The notes under the pieces are model-generated. The model ran no database searches, was not told the origin of the DNA, and saw nothing but the letters and a program-made list of their open reading frames with translations. Position numbers and translations under genes: made by a program. This document shows positions 44,376 through 54,882 of a stretch of 64,000 bases of DNA, piece after piece. This stretch comes from Vulcanimicrobiota bacterium (GTDB lineage: Bacteria; Vulcanimicrobiota; Vulcanimicrobiia; Vulcanimicrobiales; Vulcanimicrobiaceae): the NCBI GenBank assembly GCA_963820825.1, contig CAWGBN010000005.1:171566-235565 (forward strand), given 5' to 3'. Within the stretch, counting starts at the first letter, position 1. Every line of letters starts with the position of its first letter.

Positions 44376-46151
44376 CTACCGCGATTTCAGTAGCTTAACG
44401 CTCGCCTTGGCATCGATGAGCTTGAGATTTGACCCGGCTACCGGCGTCGCGCCACGGACGATGAGGTCGCGAACTTGCTGCGGCGTGAGTTTCGGATCGA
44501 GCGCGAAGAGTTTGGCCGCGAGATTCGTTACGTTCGGCGCGGCCATTGAGGTGCCCGAAAACTGAACGATATACCCCTGCGGTATCTTGCTCGGTACGTG
44601 AAACCCGTCGGCGTAGACCGCCACCGTCGGGCCGTAGCTGGTGAAGCTCGTCGCCTCTCCCGCCTGATTCACCGCTCCCACGGTAATCAAGTTCGGATAG
44701 TTGAGCGAACTCGGAACGTCTTGCGCGAAGCTCGCATCGTTATCGCCGTTGCCGGCCGCCGCGACGAAGAGCGTCCCCGGCGTATCGGCGATCATCTTCG
44801 CAATCGCGCCGCGCCAAATGGCGTAGAGCTCCTGCGCCTTCGCCTTGCGCTCTTGCGCGCTGCTGATCGATGCGGTTTTCGCCAGCCACTGCTCGAACTC
44901 GCTCACTTGATCGCCCCAGCTCATGTTGACGACCCGAACGTTCTTCGCGCGAAGGAACGCGCCGATCGCGGCAAAATCGTCGGCCATTCGATTCGCCCAC
45001 TCCGTCGTCGGCGCAAACGGCAGATTCGGAAGATTGTCGTCGAAGCGCATCACGACGATCCGCGCGCCCGGATTGCCCCGCGACGCGATCCCGGCAACGT
45101 GGGACCCGTGCGAGTACTCCCCCACAAAATCCATCTCACGCTCGAAGGCCTCGCGCTGCGTTACGTTCATGGAGCGCATGTAGGCCGCCGCCGCGGCCGC
45201 CTGCGGCGATGAAATGCCGTTGCCCAAATCGCTCAGCCCGGTCATCACCTTCACGAGCTTCGGATAGTCGGCGGCGACGTCGGGAGGCAACGGGTACGTA
45301 TCCAAGCTCGACGGTGCGCCGTCGTCGGCGAAGGCGAGACCGTGCTGTGCGGCCGACGCGCCGCCGTACATCAATCCGGGGTAATCCTTCGGATCCACGC
45401 CCGAATCGAGGATGCCGACCCGCACTGGCGCTTTGATCTGCGACGCCTTCAGCGTCACGTCGCGCGTGGCCCAGATATCCGGCTTGGTAACGTTATGCGC
45501 CGCAATGTACGCTTGTAGAATCTTCGCATCTTGCGCGAGGAGCGGCAGCAGCGTGAGCTGAGCGCGCAGCTGAACCAGCTCGCGCGCCGAAGGGCCGTCG
45601 AGCGTCCCCGTCTTGGCGGCGATCGGATCCAAATCGTGCCCGGCCTCTGCGACGATCGCGTCGCTCGTCGCGATCGGTTCGAAGGCCGCCATCCCCTTCA
45701 CCGAATCGGCAACCGTGCCCCATGGAAGCGCATTAACCGCCACGCGATCCTGCGCCGCGAAGTCTCCCGAAACGTAGGCAAGCTGCAGCCTTCCCGCGAG
45801 CAGGGCGCTCGACGCTTTCGTCTCGGCGCCCCGCAGCTGCGCAACCGTCGAGCGCACGCCGGCGGCATCGCCGTTGAGCACCTTTCCGGCTAACTGCGTC
45901 GACAGATAGTCGCGCAGCGTCGACTTGTCCTCAATGTCGTAGCTCGCGAGCGTCTTCGCAACGTCGGACTCGACCGCGGCGAGAAACGGCGCGAATGCCG
46001 CATCGCTTGCGGTGAGCAAGGTTGACGGTGGAGTCGGCATCGGGTAGGCAAAGCGCGGAAGCTGAGTCTCGTCGGTTACGACCGACTTCGAGACCTGGGC
46101 GCCGGCGGGAAGCGGCACCAACAGCAAAGCGACCACAAGGATTATCTTCAT
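44376..46151 (-). CDS. Secreted S8 (subtilisin-like) peptidase
   Basis: ILDSG, HGSHVAGI, AAAGN, SGTSMAAP; signal peptide. Confidence 0.92.
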   Translation of the reverse strand: MKIILVVALLLVPLPAGAQVSKSVVTDETQLPRFAYPMPTPPSTLLTASDAAFAPFLAAVESDVAKTLASYDIEDKSTLRDYLSTQLAGKVLNGDAAGVRSTVAQLRGAETKASSALLAGRLQLAYVSGDFAAQDRVAVNALPWGTVADSVKGMAAFEPIATSDAIVAEAGHDLDPIAAKTGTLDGPSARELVQLRAQLTLLPLLAQDAKILQAYIAAHNVTKPDIWATRDVTLKASQIKAPVRVGILDSGVDPKDYPGLMYGGASAAQHGLAFADDGAPSSLDTYPLPPDVAADYPKLVKVMTGLSDLGNGISSPQAAAAAAYMRSMNVTQREAFEREMDFVGEYSHGSHVAGIASRGNPGARIVVMRFDDNLPNLPFAPTTEWANRMADDFAAIGAFLRAKNVRVVNMSWGDQVSEFEQWLAKTASISSAQERKAKAQELYAIWRGAIAKMIADTPGTLFVAAAGNGDNDASFAQDVPSSLNYPNLITVGAVNQAGEATSFTSYGPTVAVYADGFHVPSKIPQGYIVQFSGTSMAAPNVTNLAAKLFALDPKLTPQQVRDLIVRGATPVAGSNLKLIDAKASVKLLKSR

Positions 46152-46154
46152 TAG

Positions 46155-47162
46155 TTATCTCGCTACGCTCACGGCGGCGGCGACGGGATATTGAAATCCC
46201 ATCAGGGTTTTTGTCGGCGCTCCGCCGGCGGGGTATGCAAAGAACCTTGCGTTGTTCTGGCAGGCATCGGGGGCCGCGACCGTGCCGGACTTGATCGAGA
46301 ATCCGAGCACGTCGCAACTACCGTTGAGAATCGTCGTGCCCTTCACCGTCGCGTTCAACCCGGTAACACTGAGCTGATAGATCGCCGATGTGTGCCCGTT
46401 TTGATAGGCCTGGTCTCCGACGGCCACGTACTGCCCATCCCAGCGCACCCCGCCAGGAAATTCGATCGCCGTATCGAGCTGCAGGGCTTGGAGCTTTGAG
46501 CCGCCGGCCGGAACCTCGGCGAGGTCGAAATCATACGTCTTGTCCAAGCCGTCCACGAAGAGATTCCCCGAAGCGTCGTAACCGCAGAAGTATGCGGCGG
46601 CGATCTGCGCGCCTTGATACTCTTTGGGCGTACCCTGCGCTTTGGTAAAGACCCACAAGCCGCCGGTTGCAGCCGCACCGCCGAGATCGGCGACCGCGAG
46701 GTTCCCGCTTCCCGGATCGACGGCACAGCCCGTCAGCCGTTGCGCACCAACCACGGTCAGCGTCGCAACCGGCTTCGTGCCACGGTGCAGATACTTCACC
46801 AGCTTCGAGGCGGACGACTCAACGATCCAAATCGCGCCCGACGCGCCGTTGCAGACGCCCGTCGGGTCGGACAAACCGCTGAGCGTCCCGACCTTCTTCC
46901 CGCCGGGATAGGTGTAGACGAAGACGTCGCCGGCGCCGGCATCGGATACGTAGAGCAGCGTCTGGCCGCTATCGCTGTGGACCATCCACGACGGACTGCG
47001 ATCCGGGTGCGCAACGCGCGGCGCGCCGTGCAGCGCGAGCGGCGGAATGGAGAAGCGCTCGGGCGCGATCGCCGCCGGCGCACATGCGCAAAGAACCAAT
47101 GCCGCGCCGGCCGTCATTGCAAGCCGTCGCCTGCGATCTGCCGTTACGAACGCGGCGCTCAC
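46155..47162 (-). CDS. Beta-propeller-like lipoprotein (paralog family)
   Basis: [46 protein letters not shown]. Confidence 0.8.
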   Translation of the reverse strand: MSAAFVTADRRRRLAMTAGAALVLCACAPAAIAPERFSIPPLALHGAPRVAHPDRSPSWMVHSDSGQTLLYVSDAGAGDVFVYTYPGGKKVGTLSGLSDPTGVCNGASGAIWIVESSASKLVKYLHRGTKPVATLTVVGAQRLTGCAVDPGSGNLAVADLGGAAATGGLWVFTKAQGTPKEYQGAQIAAAYFCGYDASGNLFVDGLDKTYDFDLAEVPAGGSKLQALQLDTAIEFPGGVRWDGQYVAVGDQAYQNGHTSAIYQLSVTGLNATVKGTTILNGSCDVLGFSIKSGTVAAPDACQNNARFFAYPAGGAPTKTLMGFQYPVAAAVSVAR

Positions 47163-47185
47163 GATACGAAGCTAGGCCGGTCGCT

Positions 47186-47879
47186 TTAACCCGGTTCGGA
47201 TCGACCTTCACGCCCGGACCCATCGTGCTCGCCAGCGTGACGCTGCGCAGGTAGGTTCCCTTCGCGGCGGCCGGTTTGGCACGAACGATCGCATCGAGCA
47301 GCGTCGTGACGTTCTCGATCAGCTGCTGCTTCGTCGAAGCTCGCCTTGCCGACGATGGTGTGAATGATTCCCGTCTTGTCGAGACGGAACTCCACCTTAC
47401 CGGCCTTGATGTCGCGAATCGCCGCCGCCGATGTTCGGCGTCACCGTTCCGGCCTTCGGGTTGGGCATCTTCTGCGCCAGGATGCGGCCGAGCTCCTTAC
47501 CGACCTGCGCCATCATGTCGGGCGTCGCGACGGCAACGTCGAACTCGGTGAAGCCGGCCTTGACGCGATCGATCAGATCCTGATCGCCGACGATGTCGGC
47601 GCCGGCCTCTTGCGCGGCCTTGGCGTTGTCGCCCTTGGCGAACGCGATGACGCGCACCGTGCGGCCCGTGCCGTGCGGCAAGCAGAACCGTGCCGCGAAC
47701 GTTCTGATCGCTCTTCTTCGGATCGACGCCGAGCCGGATGTGCGCTTCGACGGTTTCGTTGAACTTCGCGTTGGCGTTCTTCTTGACGAGCGCGATCGCT
47801 TCGGGCGCCGAGAAGAGCTGCTGGCGCGATCGTAGCTCTGCGCTAGCGTCTTGAATCGTTTTCCGTGATGTTGCGGCAT
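47186..47879 (-). CDS. rplA: 50S ribosomal protein L1 (frameshifted)
   Basis: [40 protein letters not shown]. Confidence 0.95.
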
Positions 47880-47880
47880 C

Positions 47881-48306
47881 TTACGCTTCCACCTCGACGC
47901 CCATCGAGCGCGCCGTTCCGGCGACGATCTTCTTCGCCGCCTCGATGTCGTTGGCGTTGATGTCGGGCATCTTCACCTTGGCGATCTCTTCGAGCTGCGT
48001 CTGCGTCAGCTTGCCGACCTTATTGCGGTTGGGCTCTTTGCTGCCCGACTCGATCTTGAGCGCCTGCTTGATGAGGAACGACGCCGGCGGCGTCTTGGTG
48101 ATGAACGTGAACGTGCGGTCTTCGAAGACGGTGATCTCGACCGGAATGATCATGCCCGCCTGCGATGCAGTACGCTCGTTGTACTGCTTGCAGAAATCCA
48201 TGATGTTGAGCGAGTAGGGTCCGAGTGCCGGACCGATCGGCGGCGCCGGCGTCGCCTTGCCGGCCGGAATCTGTAGGCCGATCTTGCCTACGACTTTCTT
48301 AGCCAC
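47881..48306 (-). CDS. rplK: 50S ribosomal protein L11
   Basis: [31 protein letters not shown]. Confidence 0.97.
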   Translation of the reverse strand: MAKKVVGKIGLQIPAGKATPAPPIGPALGPYSLNIMDFCKQYNERTASQAGMIIPVEITVFEDRTFTFITKTPPASFLIKQALKIESGSKEPNRNKVGKLTQTQLEEIAKVKMPDINANDIEAAKKIVAGTARSMGVEVEA

Positions 48307-48407
48307 GATGCTCTCCTTAGCGATGCATCGGAACGATGCTTCTCCCCCTCTGTATCTCGCGCACCGGACGCCGGGGTCATCGTCCGAGCGTCGAAGTACA
48401 CGTAGCT

Positions 48408-49199
48408 TTAGACCTTCTCCACCTGGAAGAACTCCAGCTCGACCGGCGTTTCGCGGCCGAAGATCGAGATGAGCGCGCGCAGGCGTTCCTTCTCCGGCGC
48501 GATCTCGTCGACGACGCCGGTGAAGTCGAAGAACGGTCCCGAGGTGACCTTGACGCGGTCGCCCTTCTTGAAGTCGATCTTGAGCTTCGGCGCCTCGATG
48601 CCCATCTGCTTGAGGATCGTCTTGACTTCTTTGTCCTGCAGCGGCACCGGCTTCTCGCCCGGGCCCGGACTGCCGACGAAGCCGGTGACGCCCTGCGTGT
48701 TGCGCACGACGTACCAGGACTGGTCGTCCATGATCATCTCGACCAGAACGTAGCCCGGAAAAACTTTCTTCGGCGTGATCTTGCGCTTGCCGTCTTTGAA
48801 CTCGACCTCGTCTTCCATCGGAACGAGCACGCGGAAGATCTTGTCCTGCATGCCCATCGAATGGATGCGGCGCTCGAGATTCGCCTTGACCTTGTTCTCG
48901 TAGCCCGAGTACGTGTGGACGACGAACCAGTTGCGGTTGTCCTTCGGCTTGGGCCGCGCGGCTCGCCGTCGGTCGGCCTGCGATCTCTTCGACTTCGGCT
49001 TCGCCGATCGTCTTCGTCGGCGTCTCGCCGTCCGAGCGATCTCGTTCGGTCGGCGTTTCCTCGGTGAGCGGCTCCTCGGTCAGCGTTTCCACGTCGCGCC
49101 CGACGACGTCGCCCATCTGCGAATCGTCGATGACGGCCTCGTTCGGCGAGCGTCTCGGCGTTGCTCGAACGGCGGTCTCGCGGTTCCGATGTCGTACAT
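48408..49199 (-). CDS. nusG: Transcription elongation factor NusG with acidic N-terminal extension (frameshifted)
   Basis: [40 protein letters not shown]. Start approximate. Confidence 0.93.
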
Positions 49200-49214
49200 C
49201 GGTATCGCTGCACG

Positions 49215-49442
49215 TTACCCGAGGTGACCGGATGGATCACGCTGAAGAGCCATCCGAAGAGCTGGTCGAGAACGAACGTGAACAGGCCGATGCCGACGAC
49301 CAGCGCGATCGTCAGGATCGTCGCGGAGATCCATTCCTCGCGCGTCGGCCAGGTGACGCGACGCAGCTCCGCGATCACACCGCGGACGAAATCGCCTCCG
49401 CCCGAGGGCCTGGGCCGTTCTCTTTTGCTGTTCGTTCACCAA
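49215..49442 (-). CDS. secE: Preprotein translocase subunit SecE (frameshifted)
   Basis: [12 protein letters not shown] followed by one TM helix; lies between tRNA-Trp and nusG. Confidence 0.9.
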   Translation of the reverse strand: MVNEQQKRTAQALGRRRFRPRCDRGAASRHLADARGMDLRDDPDDRAGRRHRPVHVRSRPALRMALQRDPSGHLG

Positions 49443-49461
49443 AGGTTCATCTTCCGAAGAC

Positions 49462-49537
49462 TGGCAGGGCGGACAGGACTCGAACCTGCAACAACTGGTT
49501 TTGGAGACCAGGACTCTACCAATTGAGCTACCGCCCT
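49462..49537 (-). tRNA. tRNA-Trp (CCA)
   Basis: Full cloverleaf AGGGCGG...CTGGT CT CCA AA ACCAG...GGTTCGAGTCC..CCGCCCT GCCA. Confidence 0.97.
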
Positions 49538-49701
49538 ATCTGCGTCTCTCGTGCGGTCTGGTGACAGCGGCAGAAGCGGCAGTACTTGCTGAGCTCCAGC
49601 CGGTCCGTCGTCTTCTGCTTGTTCTTTTGCGTGTTGTAGTTCCGGCGCTTGCACTCGGTGCACGCCAGGACGACCATCACGCGCGTTTCTTTCTTTGCCA
49701 T
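49536..49701 (-). CDS. rpmG: 50S ribosomal protein L33 (zinc-binding form)
   Basis: Manual translation [47 protein letters not shown]. Confidence 0.95.
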
Positions 49702-49892
49702 TCAGTAGTCTACCACAACATGAATAAAACGGACCGCCGGTCCGTTCCAGAAGACCCATGCTAGCATACCCGCCCCGCGTCCCGCAACGGGTGCCGTCGG
49801 AGCGGCCAAGCAACCAAGCAAGTGAGCCGTCCGCCCGGGGACCTGAATGCCGCTCCGTTGAAGGCCGTTATCCCGCCAGAGGACGTGCTCGG

Positions 49893-50894
49893 ATGACCGT
49901 TGACCCCCGCTTTCGTTTTGGAGCGCTGCTCGCTCTAGGAGCCATGCTCGCCGGCTGCGTCGCTTCGCAGCCCGGCATTCTGCCATCGCAGACCGACGGC
50001 GGCGCGATGGCCGGCAGGCTAGCGCAGCACGATCTGCTCTACGTAACGAATGCGAACGGAACGGTGAGCGTCTACCGCTACTGGCAGCGCACGCTCGCCT
50101 TCATCCTGACCGACTTCAAGAGACCCATGGGCGCGTGCGCGGATCGCGCCGGAAACGTCTACATCACCGATTACGCGCGCGAAAAAGTGTACGAGTTCGC
50201 GCACGGCGGCAAGAAGCCGATTGCCGTTCTCGACGACGCGCCGTACAAACCCTACACCTGCTCCGTCTCCCCGTCGAACGGCAACCTCGCCGTTGCGAAC
50301 TCGCCCTACGACGAATACGGAAAGGGCGGCAACATCGCGATCTATCCGCACGGGAGCGGCAAGGCCGTGATTCTGCACGGCAGCGGTGGCTCGAACGGCA
50401 TCCACTTCACCGGCTGTGCCTACGACGACCACGGCGACCTGCTCGCGCTCAACGAGTACCACTACAGTCCGTTTTGGTATCTGCAGTTTTACTATCTGCC
50501 GAAGCACGGCAAGCAGCTCTTGCCGATGACGCTCCCGGGAATGGGCTACGGCAGCTCGCACTTCGGCGTCGTCGAAAGCATCGCGTGGGACGGAAAGTAC
50601 TGGGTCGTCGGACCGATCTACAACACGCTCTTCCTCTATACCATCAACGTGAAGGCCTACGAAGCCGGCACCATCTCGCTCTCGGGCGGGCGGCCGCCGT
50701 ATCTCGGGCCGGTCGCGATCTACCGCAAGACCCTCAAAGGGCAAGGGACGCAGCTTGCCGGCGGCACCGGACCCTACGCCGGCGCGGCCGTCGAGTTCTT
50801 TAAGTATCCCGCCGGCGGAGATTCGATCGGCGAGATCGGCAAAGACCTCGACGCGCCCTTCGGCGTTGCGATCAGCCTTCGAACCCAGACGTAA
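49893..50894 (+). CDS. Beta-propeller-like lipoprotein (YRYWQ subfamily)
   Basis: LAGC; DLLYV.N.NG.V.VYRYWQ.TL, HGG, WDGKY. Confidence 0.8.
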   Translation: MTVDPRFRFGALLALGAMLAGCVASQPGILPSQTDGGAMAGRLAQHDLLYVTNANGTVSVYRYWQRTLAFILTDFKRPMGACADRAGNVYITDYAREKVYEFAHGGKKPIAVLDDAPYKPYTCSVSPSNGNLAVANSPYDEYGKGGNIAIYPHGSGKAVILHGSGGSNGIHFTGCAYDDHGDLLALNEYHYSPFWYLQFYYLPKHGKQLLPMTLPGMGYGSSHFGVVESIAWDGKYWVVGPIYNTLFLYTINVKAYEAGTISLSGGRPPYLGPVAIYRKTLKGQGTQLAGGTGPYAGAAVEFFKYPAGGDSIGEIGKDLDAPFGVAISLRTQT

Positions 50895-50918
50895 GACGCA
50901 GACGTAAGGAGAAAAACG

Positions 50919-51935
50919 ATGAACGCTTCTACGCGCGGCGCACTCGCACTCGCCGCCGGCGCACTGCTCGCCGGCTGCGGTCCATCGCCGCAGAGCCTCG
51001 TCCCGCCGAACAGATCGAGCGACGCATCCGCAAATCCCGGTCATAGCGGTTCGTGGATGGCACGCGGCCTCGCGCAGCGAGATCTGCTCTACGTTTCAAA
51101 CTCCAACGGAACCGTGAACGTCTACCGCTATTGGCAGCGGACGCTCGTCGGCGTTCTCACTAAATTTCAGCAGCCCCGGGGCGAATGTTCCGACGCTGCC
51201 GGCAACGTCTACATCACCGATTTTCGCGCGAAGAAGATCGACGTGTACGCCCACGGCGGCAGCAAACCGACGCGCGTCATCGACGATAAACCCTACACTC
51301 CGTCGGGCTGCTCGGTCTCACCCAGCAACGGGAATCTCGCGGTCGCCAACTACGGCGAACACTACTCCTCGTACTACGGAACCGGCAACATCGCCGTCTT
51401 CCCGCACGGCGGCGGAACGCCGAAGTACTATGCGAGCTCCGACGACAACCATTTCACCAGCTGCGCCTACGACAATCACGGCGATCTCCTGGCAACGACG
51501 CTCTCGGGCTATAGCGGCATCTGGTATTACTACACCGAGTTCTACTATCTCCCAAAGAAGTCGTCGCAGCCGATCTATATGGACCTCCCCAACCCGTACT
51601 TCAGCTCGGAATGGGATAACGTTCAATCGCTCGGCTGGGACGGCAAGTACTGGGTCGTCGATTCGTACGGTAATCTCTACCGCTACACGATCAATATCAA
51701 AGCGCAGTACGTCGACCGGATCTCGCTCAAGGGAACCTATGGCGTCGGCGCTGTTTGGCTCTACCGCAAAACGTTCAAAACGGCGGCCACGCAAGTCGTC
51801 GGCGATTCCAGCAACTACAATAACCACAGCGCCGTCGATTACTTCAAATATCCGGGCGGCGGCGACCCCATTGATAGCGTCACCAAGGATCTCGACGCGC
51901 CCCTCGGCCTCACCGTCAGCCTGAGGACGAAATGA
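50919..51935 (+). CDS. Beta-propeller-like lipoprotein (YRYWQ subfamily)
   Basis: Close tandem paralog of the previous gene; shared C-terminal KDLDAP.G...SLRT. Confidence 0.82.
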   Translation: MNASTRGALALAAGALLAGCGPSPQSLVPPNRSSDASANPGHSGSWMARGLAQRDLLYVSNSNGTVNVYRYWQRTLVGVLTKFQQPRGECSDAAGNVYITDFRAKKIDVYAHGGSKPTRVIDDKPYTPSGCSVSPSNGNLAVANYGEHYSSYYGTGNIAVFPHGGGTPKYYASSDDNHFTSCAYDNHGDLLATTLSGYSGIWYYYTEFYYLPKKSSQPIYMDLPNPYFSSEWDNVQSLGWDGKYWVVDSYGNLYRYTINIKAQYVDRISLKGTYGVGAVWLYRKTFKTAATQVVGDSSNYNNHSAVDYFKYPGGGDPIDSVTKDLDAPLGLTVSLRTK

Positions 51936-53851
51936 AAGACGCCATGACACGCTACCGCCAATACGCCATGTTCGTCTCCGTTCTCGCGCTCGGTGCGTGC
52001 GGCGGCGCCGCCTCGACGCCGGCAACGGGTGCGATGCCGGATCGCCTGGCAACCTCGGTGACGCGGCATCCGGTCGCGGCGCATCCGGATCGGCGTGCCT
52101 CGTGGATCTCGCCCGACCTCGCCCGCGGCAAATCGGCGGTACTCTTCGTCTCCGATTCAGGCACCGCCGACGTCTACATCTACAGCTTCCCGGCGCTCAA
52201 GGTCATCGGTACGATCACCGGCTTCACGCAGCCGCAAGGCGAGTGTTCCGACACGAAGGGCAACGTCTGGGTCACCGACACGAGCGTGCAGACCATTTAC
52301 GAGCTCGACCATCATGGCCGCCTCGAGAACGAGCTGACCGATACGCAAGGCTATCCGGTCGGCTGCGCCTGGGATGCAACGACCGGCAACCTCGCGGTGA
52401 TGAATATCTTCGCCGCCGGCAGCTCGAGCGGTGGCGTCATCGTCTATCTCGACGCTACGCGAGCGCCCTCGCTCTATCAAAACTCCAACCAGTATTTCTA
52501 CAATTTCGGCGGGTACGACACGAGCGGCAACCTCTTCTTCGACGGTCGCGACGCCAACGGCAACTTCATGCTTTCGGAACTGCCGAAGGGAGCGAAATCC
52601 GCACACACGGTCAAACTCACCGGCGGCACGATCTACTTCCCCGGCATGGTGCAGTGGGTCTCGACGAAGCACGATCTCATCGTCGGCGATCAATCGTGCG
52701 GCGACGTCTATACGAGCTGCCTATATTCCGTGGCGATCCCCAAAAGCGGCGGGGTGATTACCGGACGGATAAACCTCAAGAACTCAAGTGGCGGCCAAAT
52801 CTGCGATCTGGTCCAGGGCGTGAAGTACAACACGATGATCGCCGGATCCGACTTCAACTTCTGCGGCTCGGAGCCGAGCACCACGTATCAATGGCCGTAT
52901 CCCGGCGGCGGAGCCCCGGGAAGTCACAACTCCACCACGGACTCGGTGCCCGTCGGCGCCGCGATCAGCTGGAATCGTGGGAACCCGGACCAGCGGGCGT
53001 GGATGGACGGCGGCGTCGGGCAGCAGGATCTGCTCTACGTCTCAAACGGCAACGGCGAGGTGACCGTTTACCGGTATTGGCAGCACACGCTGGCAGGCGT
53101 GCTCACGAACTTCACCCAGCCGATGGGCGAGTGCGCCGATAGCAGCCACAACGTCTACATCACCGATTACGCCGCAAAGCAGATTCTCGAATACGCGCAC
53201 GGCGGAACCAAACCGCTCAAGAAGTTCGACGACGCTCCCGATTCGCCGTATACGTGTGCGGTCGATCCGATCACCGGTAATCTCGCCGTTGCCAATGACG
53301 ACGGAACGTCACAGCAGGGCAACCTCGCGATCTGGAACGCCGCTAGCGGCAAGCGCATCACCTACCCCGATTCGGCCCTCGGCAATTTCCTCGGATGCGC
53401 CTATGACGACAACGGAAATCTGCTGACGACGAACGGTCGCGGCTACAGCGCGCCCGCGTCCTTTGCCTGGCTTCCCAAAGGCGGTTCGAAGCTCGTCAAT
53501 CTGATCGTCCCCGGCCCGCGTCAGAGCTGGCGATGGTCCGTCAGCGGGATTCAATGGGACGGCAAGTATTTTGCGCTCGACGACTACGACATCTATCGGA
53601 TTAGTCTTCAGCATGGCCAGGCGTACTACGCCGGATCCACGCAGCTCGATCCCGGCTCCTACGCTCCGTATGGTATCTACGACAACGCGCCCGGGCAGCA
53701 GGGCACGCAAGTGGTCGCCGGCATCGACGACGACAGCGGCAGCTTTGTCGACTACTTCCACTACCCGGCGGGCGGCAGCGCGATCGACTCGATCTCGCAC
53801 GGCGTCGACCGGCCGTTCGGAGTCGTCGTCAGCTATAAGCTGAAAAAGTAG
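51932..53851 (+). CDS. Two-domain beta-propeller-like lipoprotein
   Basis: LGAC. Domain 1 resembles 13137-14207 (SWISPD, GDQ.CG..SC); domain 2 resembles the YRYWQ subfamily. Confidence 0.82.
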   Translation: MKDAMTRYRQYAMFVSVLALGACGGAASTPATGAMPDRLATSVTRHPVAAHPDRRASWISPDLARGKSAVLFVSDSGTADVYIYSFPALKVIGTITGFTQPQGECSDTKGNVWVTDTSVQTIYELDHHGRLENELTDTQGYPVGCAWDATTGNLAVMNIFAAGSSSGGVIVYLDATRAPSLYQNSNQYFYNFGGYDTSGNLFFDGRDANGNFMLSELPKGAKSAHTVKLTGGTIYFPGMVQWVSTKHDLIVGDQSCGDVYTSCLYSVAIPKSGGVITGRINLKNSSGGQICDLVQGVKYNTMIAGSDFNFCGSEPSTTYQWPYPGGGAPGSHNSTTDSVPVGAAISWNRGNPDQRAWMDGGVGQQDLLYVSNGNGEVTVYRYWQHTLAGVLTNFTQPMGECADSSHNVYITDYAAKQILEYAHGGTKPLKKFDDAPDSPYTCAVDPITGNLAVANDDGTSQQGNLAIWNAASGKRITYPDSALGNFLGCAYDDNGNLLTTNGRGYSAPASFAWLPKGGSKLVNLIVPGPRQSWRWSVSGIQWDGKYFALDDYDIYRISLQHGQAYYAGSTQLDPGSYAPYGIYDNAPGQQGTQVVAGIDDDSGSFVDYFHYPAGGSAIDSISHGVDRPFGVVVSYKLKK

Positions 53852-53853
53852 CG

Positions 53854-54795
53854 CTACTTACCGGTGCTCACTGTCACGCCGGAAAGGGCGCCGTCGCCGA
53901 GGTGCTTCTTGATCGTCTTGCTCGGCGAACCGCCGCCAGGATACTTCCAGTAACCGACGACGCTCGGACTCGAGCCGCTCGGCGCGAACGGTACGATCAC
54001 CGTGCCGCTCTTGATCCACGATTGACCGCCCCACGTGCCCGCGCCGGTGAGCTTGGTCGTGCCTTTCAGCGTCGCTGCGGAACCGGAGACTTGGAACTGA
54101 TAGATCGTCGGGTGCGACAGATCTTCGATCGCCAGATACGTGCCGTCCCACTGAACTTGCCCGGCGTTCGCGATGCTTTGGCTTACCGAGATCGGCACCA
54201 AACTGCTTCCGCCGTGAGCGAGCTCCAGCAGGGTAAATCCGGTGCCGCCGTTTCCGTCGGCAAAGAGATTCCCCTGATTATCGTAGCCGCAGAATGAAAG
54301 GAAGACGCCCGTCTCTTCGTACGACTTCGGCGTGCCCTGGGCGTTCTTGAAGATCGCTACCGGGCCGTAATCACAGCCGCTGCAGAGATACGTGACGGCC
54401 AGGTTTCCGGTCTTCGGATCGACGCTACAGCCTTCGGCTAGAATACCGGAGATGCTGAGCGTGGCTTTCGGGCTCGTCGCACCATGTGCGAATTCGTACA
54501 CCACCGCGTCCCCGCTCGCCGTCGAGGTCGGAAGGAACACGTTGCCGTGTTTATCCGAACAGATGCCGGCACCGGCGACCGGGAGACTCGCTACCGGCTT
54601 GCCCTTCGGATACGAAAGGATGCACGTGCCGCCGCAGCCCCCGGTGACGTAGAGAAGGTCGCCGTGCGCCGCCGGTACCGCCGAGCGGCTCGCCAAGGCC
54701 GTGGTGGTTGCCGTCCCCGGCATCGCTCCGCCGCATCCTGACAGAAACGCAAGAGCGATGCCCGTGATCATGGTGCATTGGCCAAAGTTACGCAT
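53854..54795 (-). CDS. Beta-propeller-like lipoprotein (paralog family)
   Basis: LSGC; DLLYV, YEFAHG, CSVDPKTGNLAV, CGYD, VQWDG. Confidence 0.8.
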   Translation of the reverse strand: MRNFGQCTMITGIALAFLSGCGGAMPGTATTTALASRSAVPAAHGDLLYVTGGCGGTCILSYPKGKPVASLPVAGAGICSDKHGNVFLPTSTASGDAVVYEFAHGATSPKATLSISGILAEGCSVDPKTGNLAVTYLCSGCDYGPVAIFKNAQGTPKSYEETGVFLSFCGYDNQGNLFADGNGGTGFTLLELAHGGSSLVPISVSQSIANAGQVQWDGTYLAIEDLSHPTIYQFQVSGSAATLKGTTKLTGAGTWGGQSWIKSGTVIVPFAPSGSSPSVVGYWKYPGGGSPSKTIKKHLGDGALSGVTVSTGK

Positions 54796-54882
54796 GTCGA
54801 ATCCTCCTGAGACTCCGCGATAGGAGTCATTTCAATCGCCGCACGACGAACGGATTTCCTCCTAAAAAGTCGCCGGAGCAAA

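Noticed and set aside
48307..48407. L1-binding leader upstream of rplK
   Set aside because: A GGGAG plus hairpin is present, but I cannot confirm the full motif by eye.
47881..49116. 411-aa ORF giving L11 a long N-terminal extension
   Set aside because: Frame artefact joining the NusG N-terminus to rplK, which has its own RBS and GTG at 48306.
49893..53851. Diversity-generating retroelement behind lipoprotein variation
   Set aside because: No reverse transcriptase and no near-identical template/variable repeat pair with adenine-specific differences in this window.
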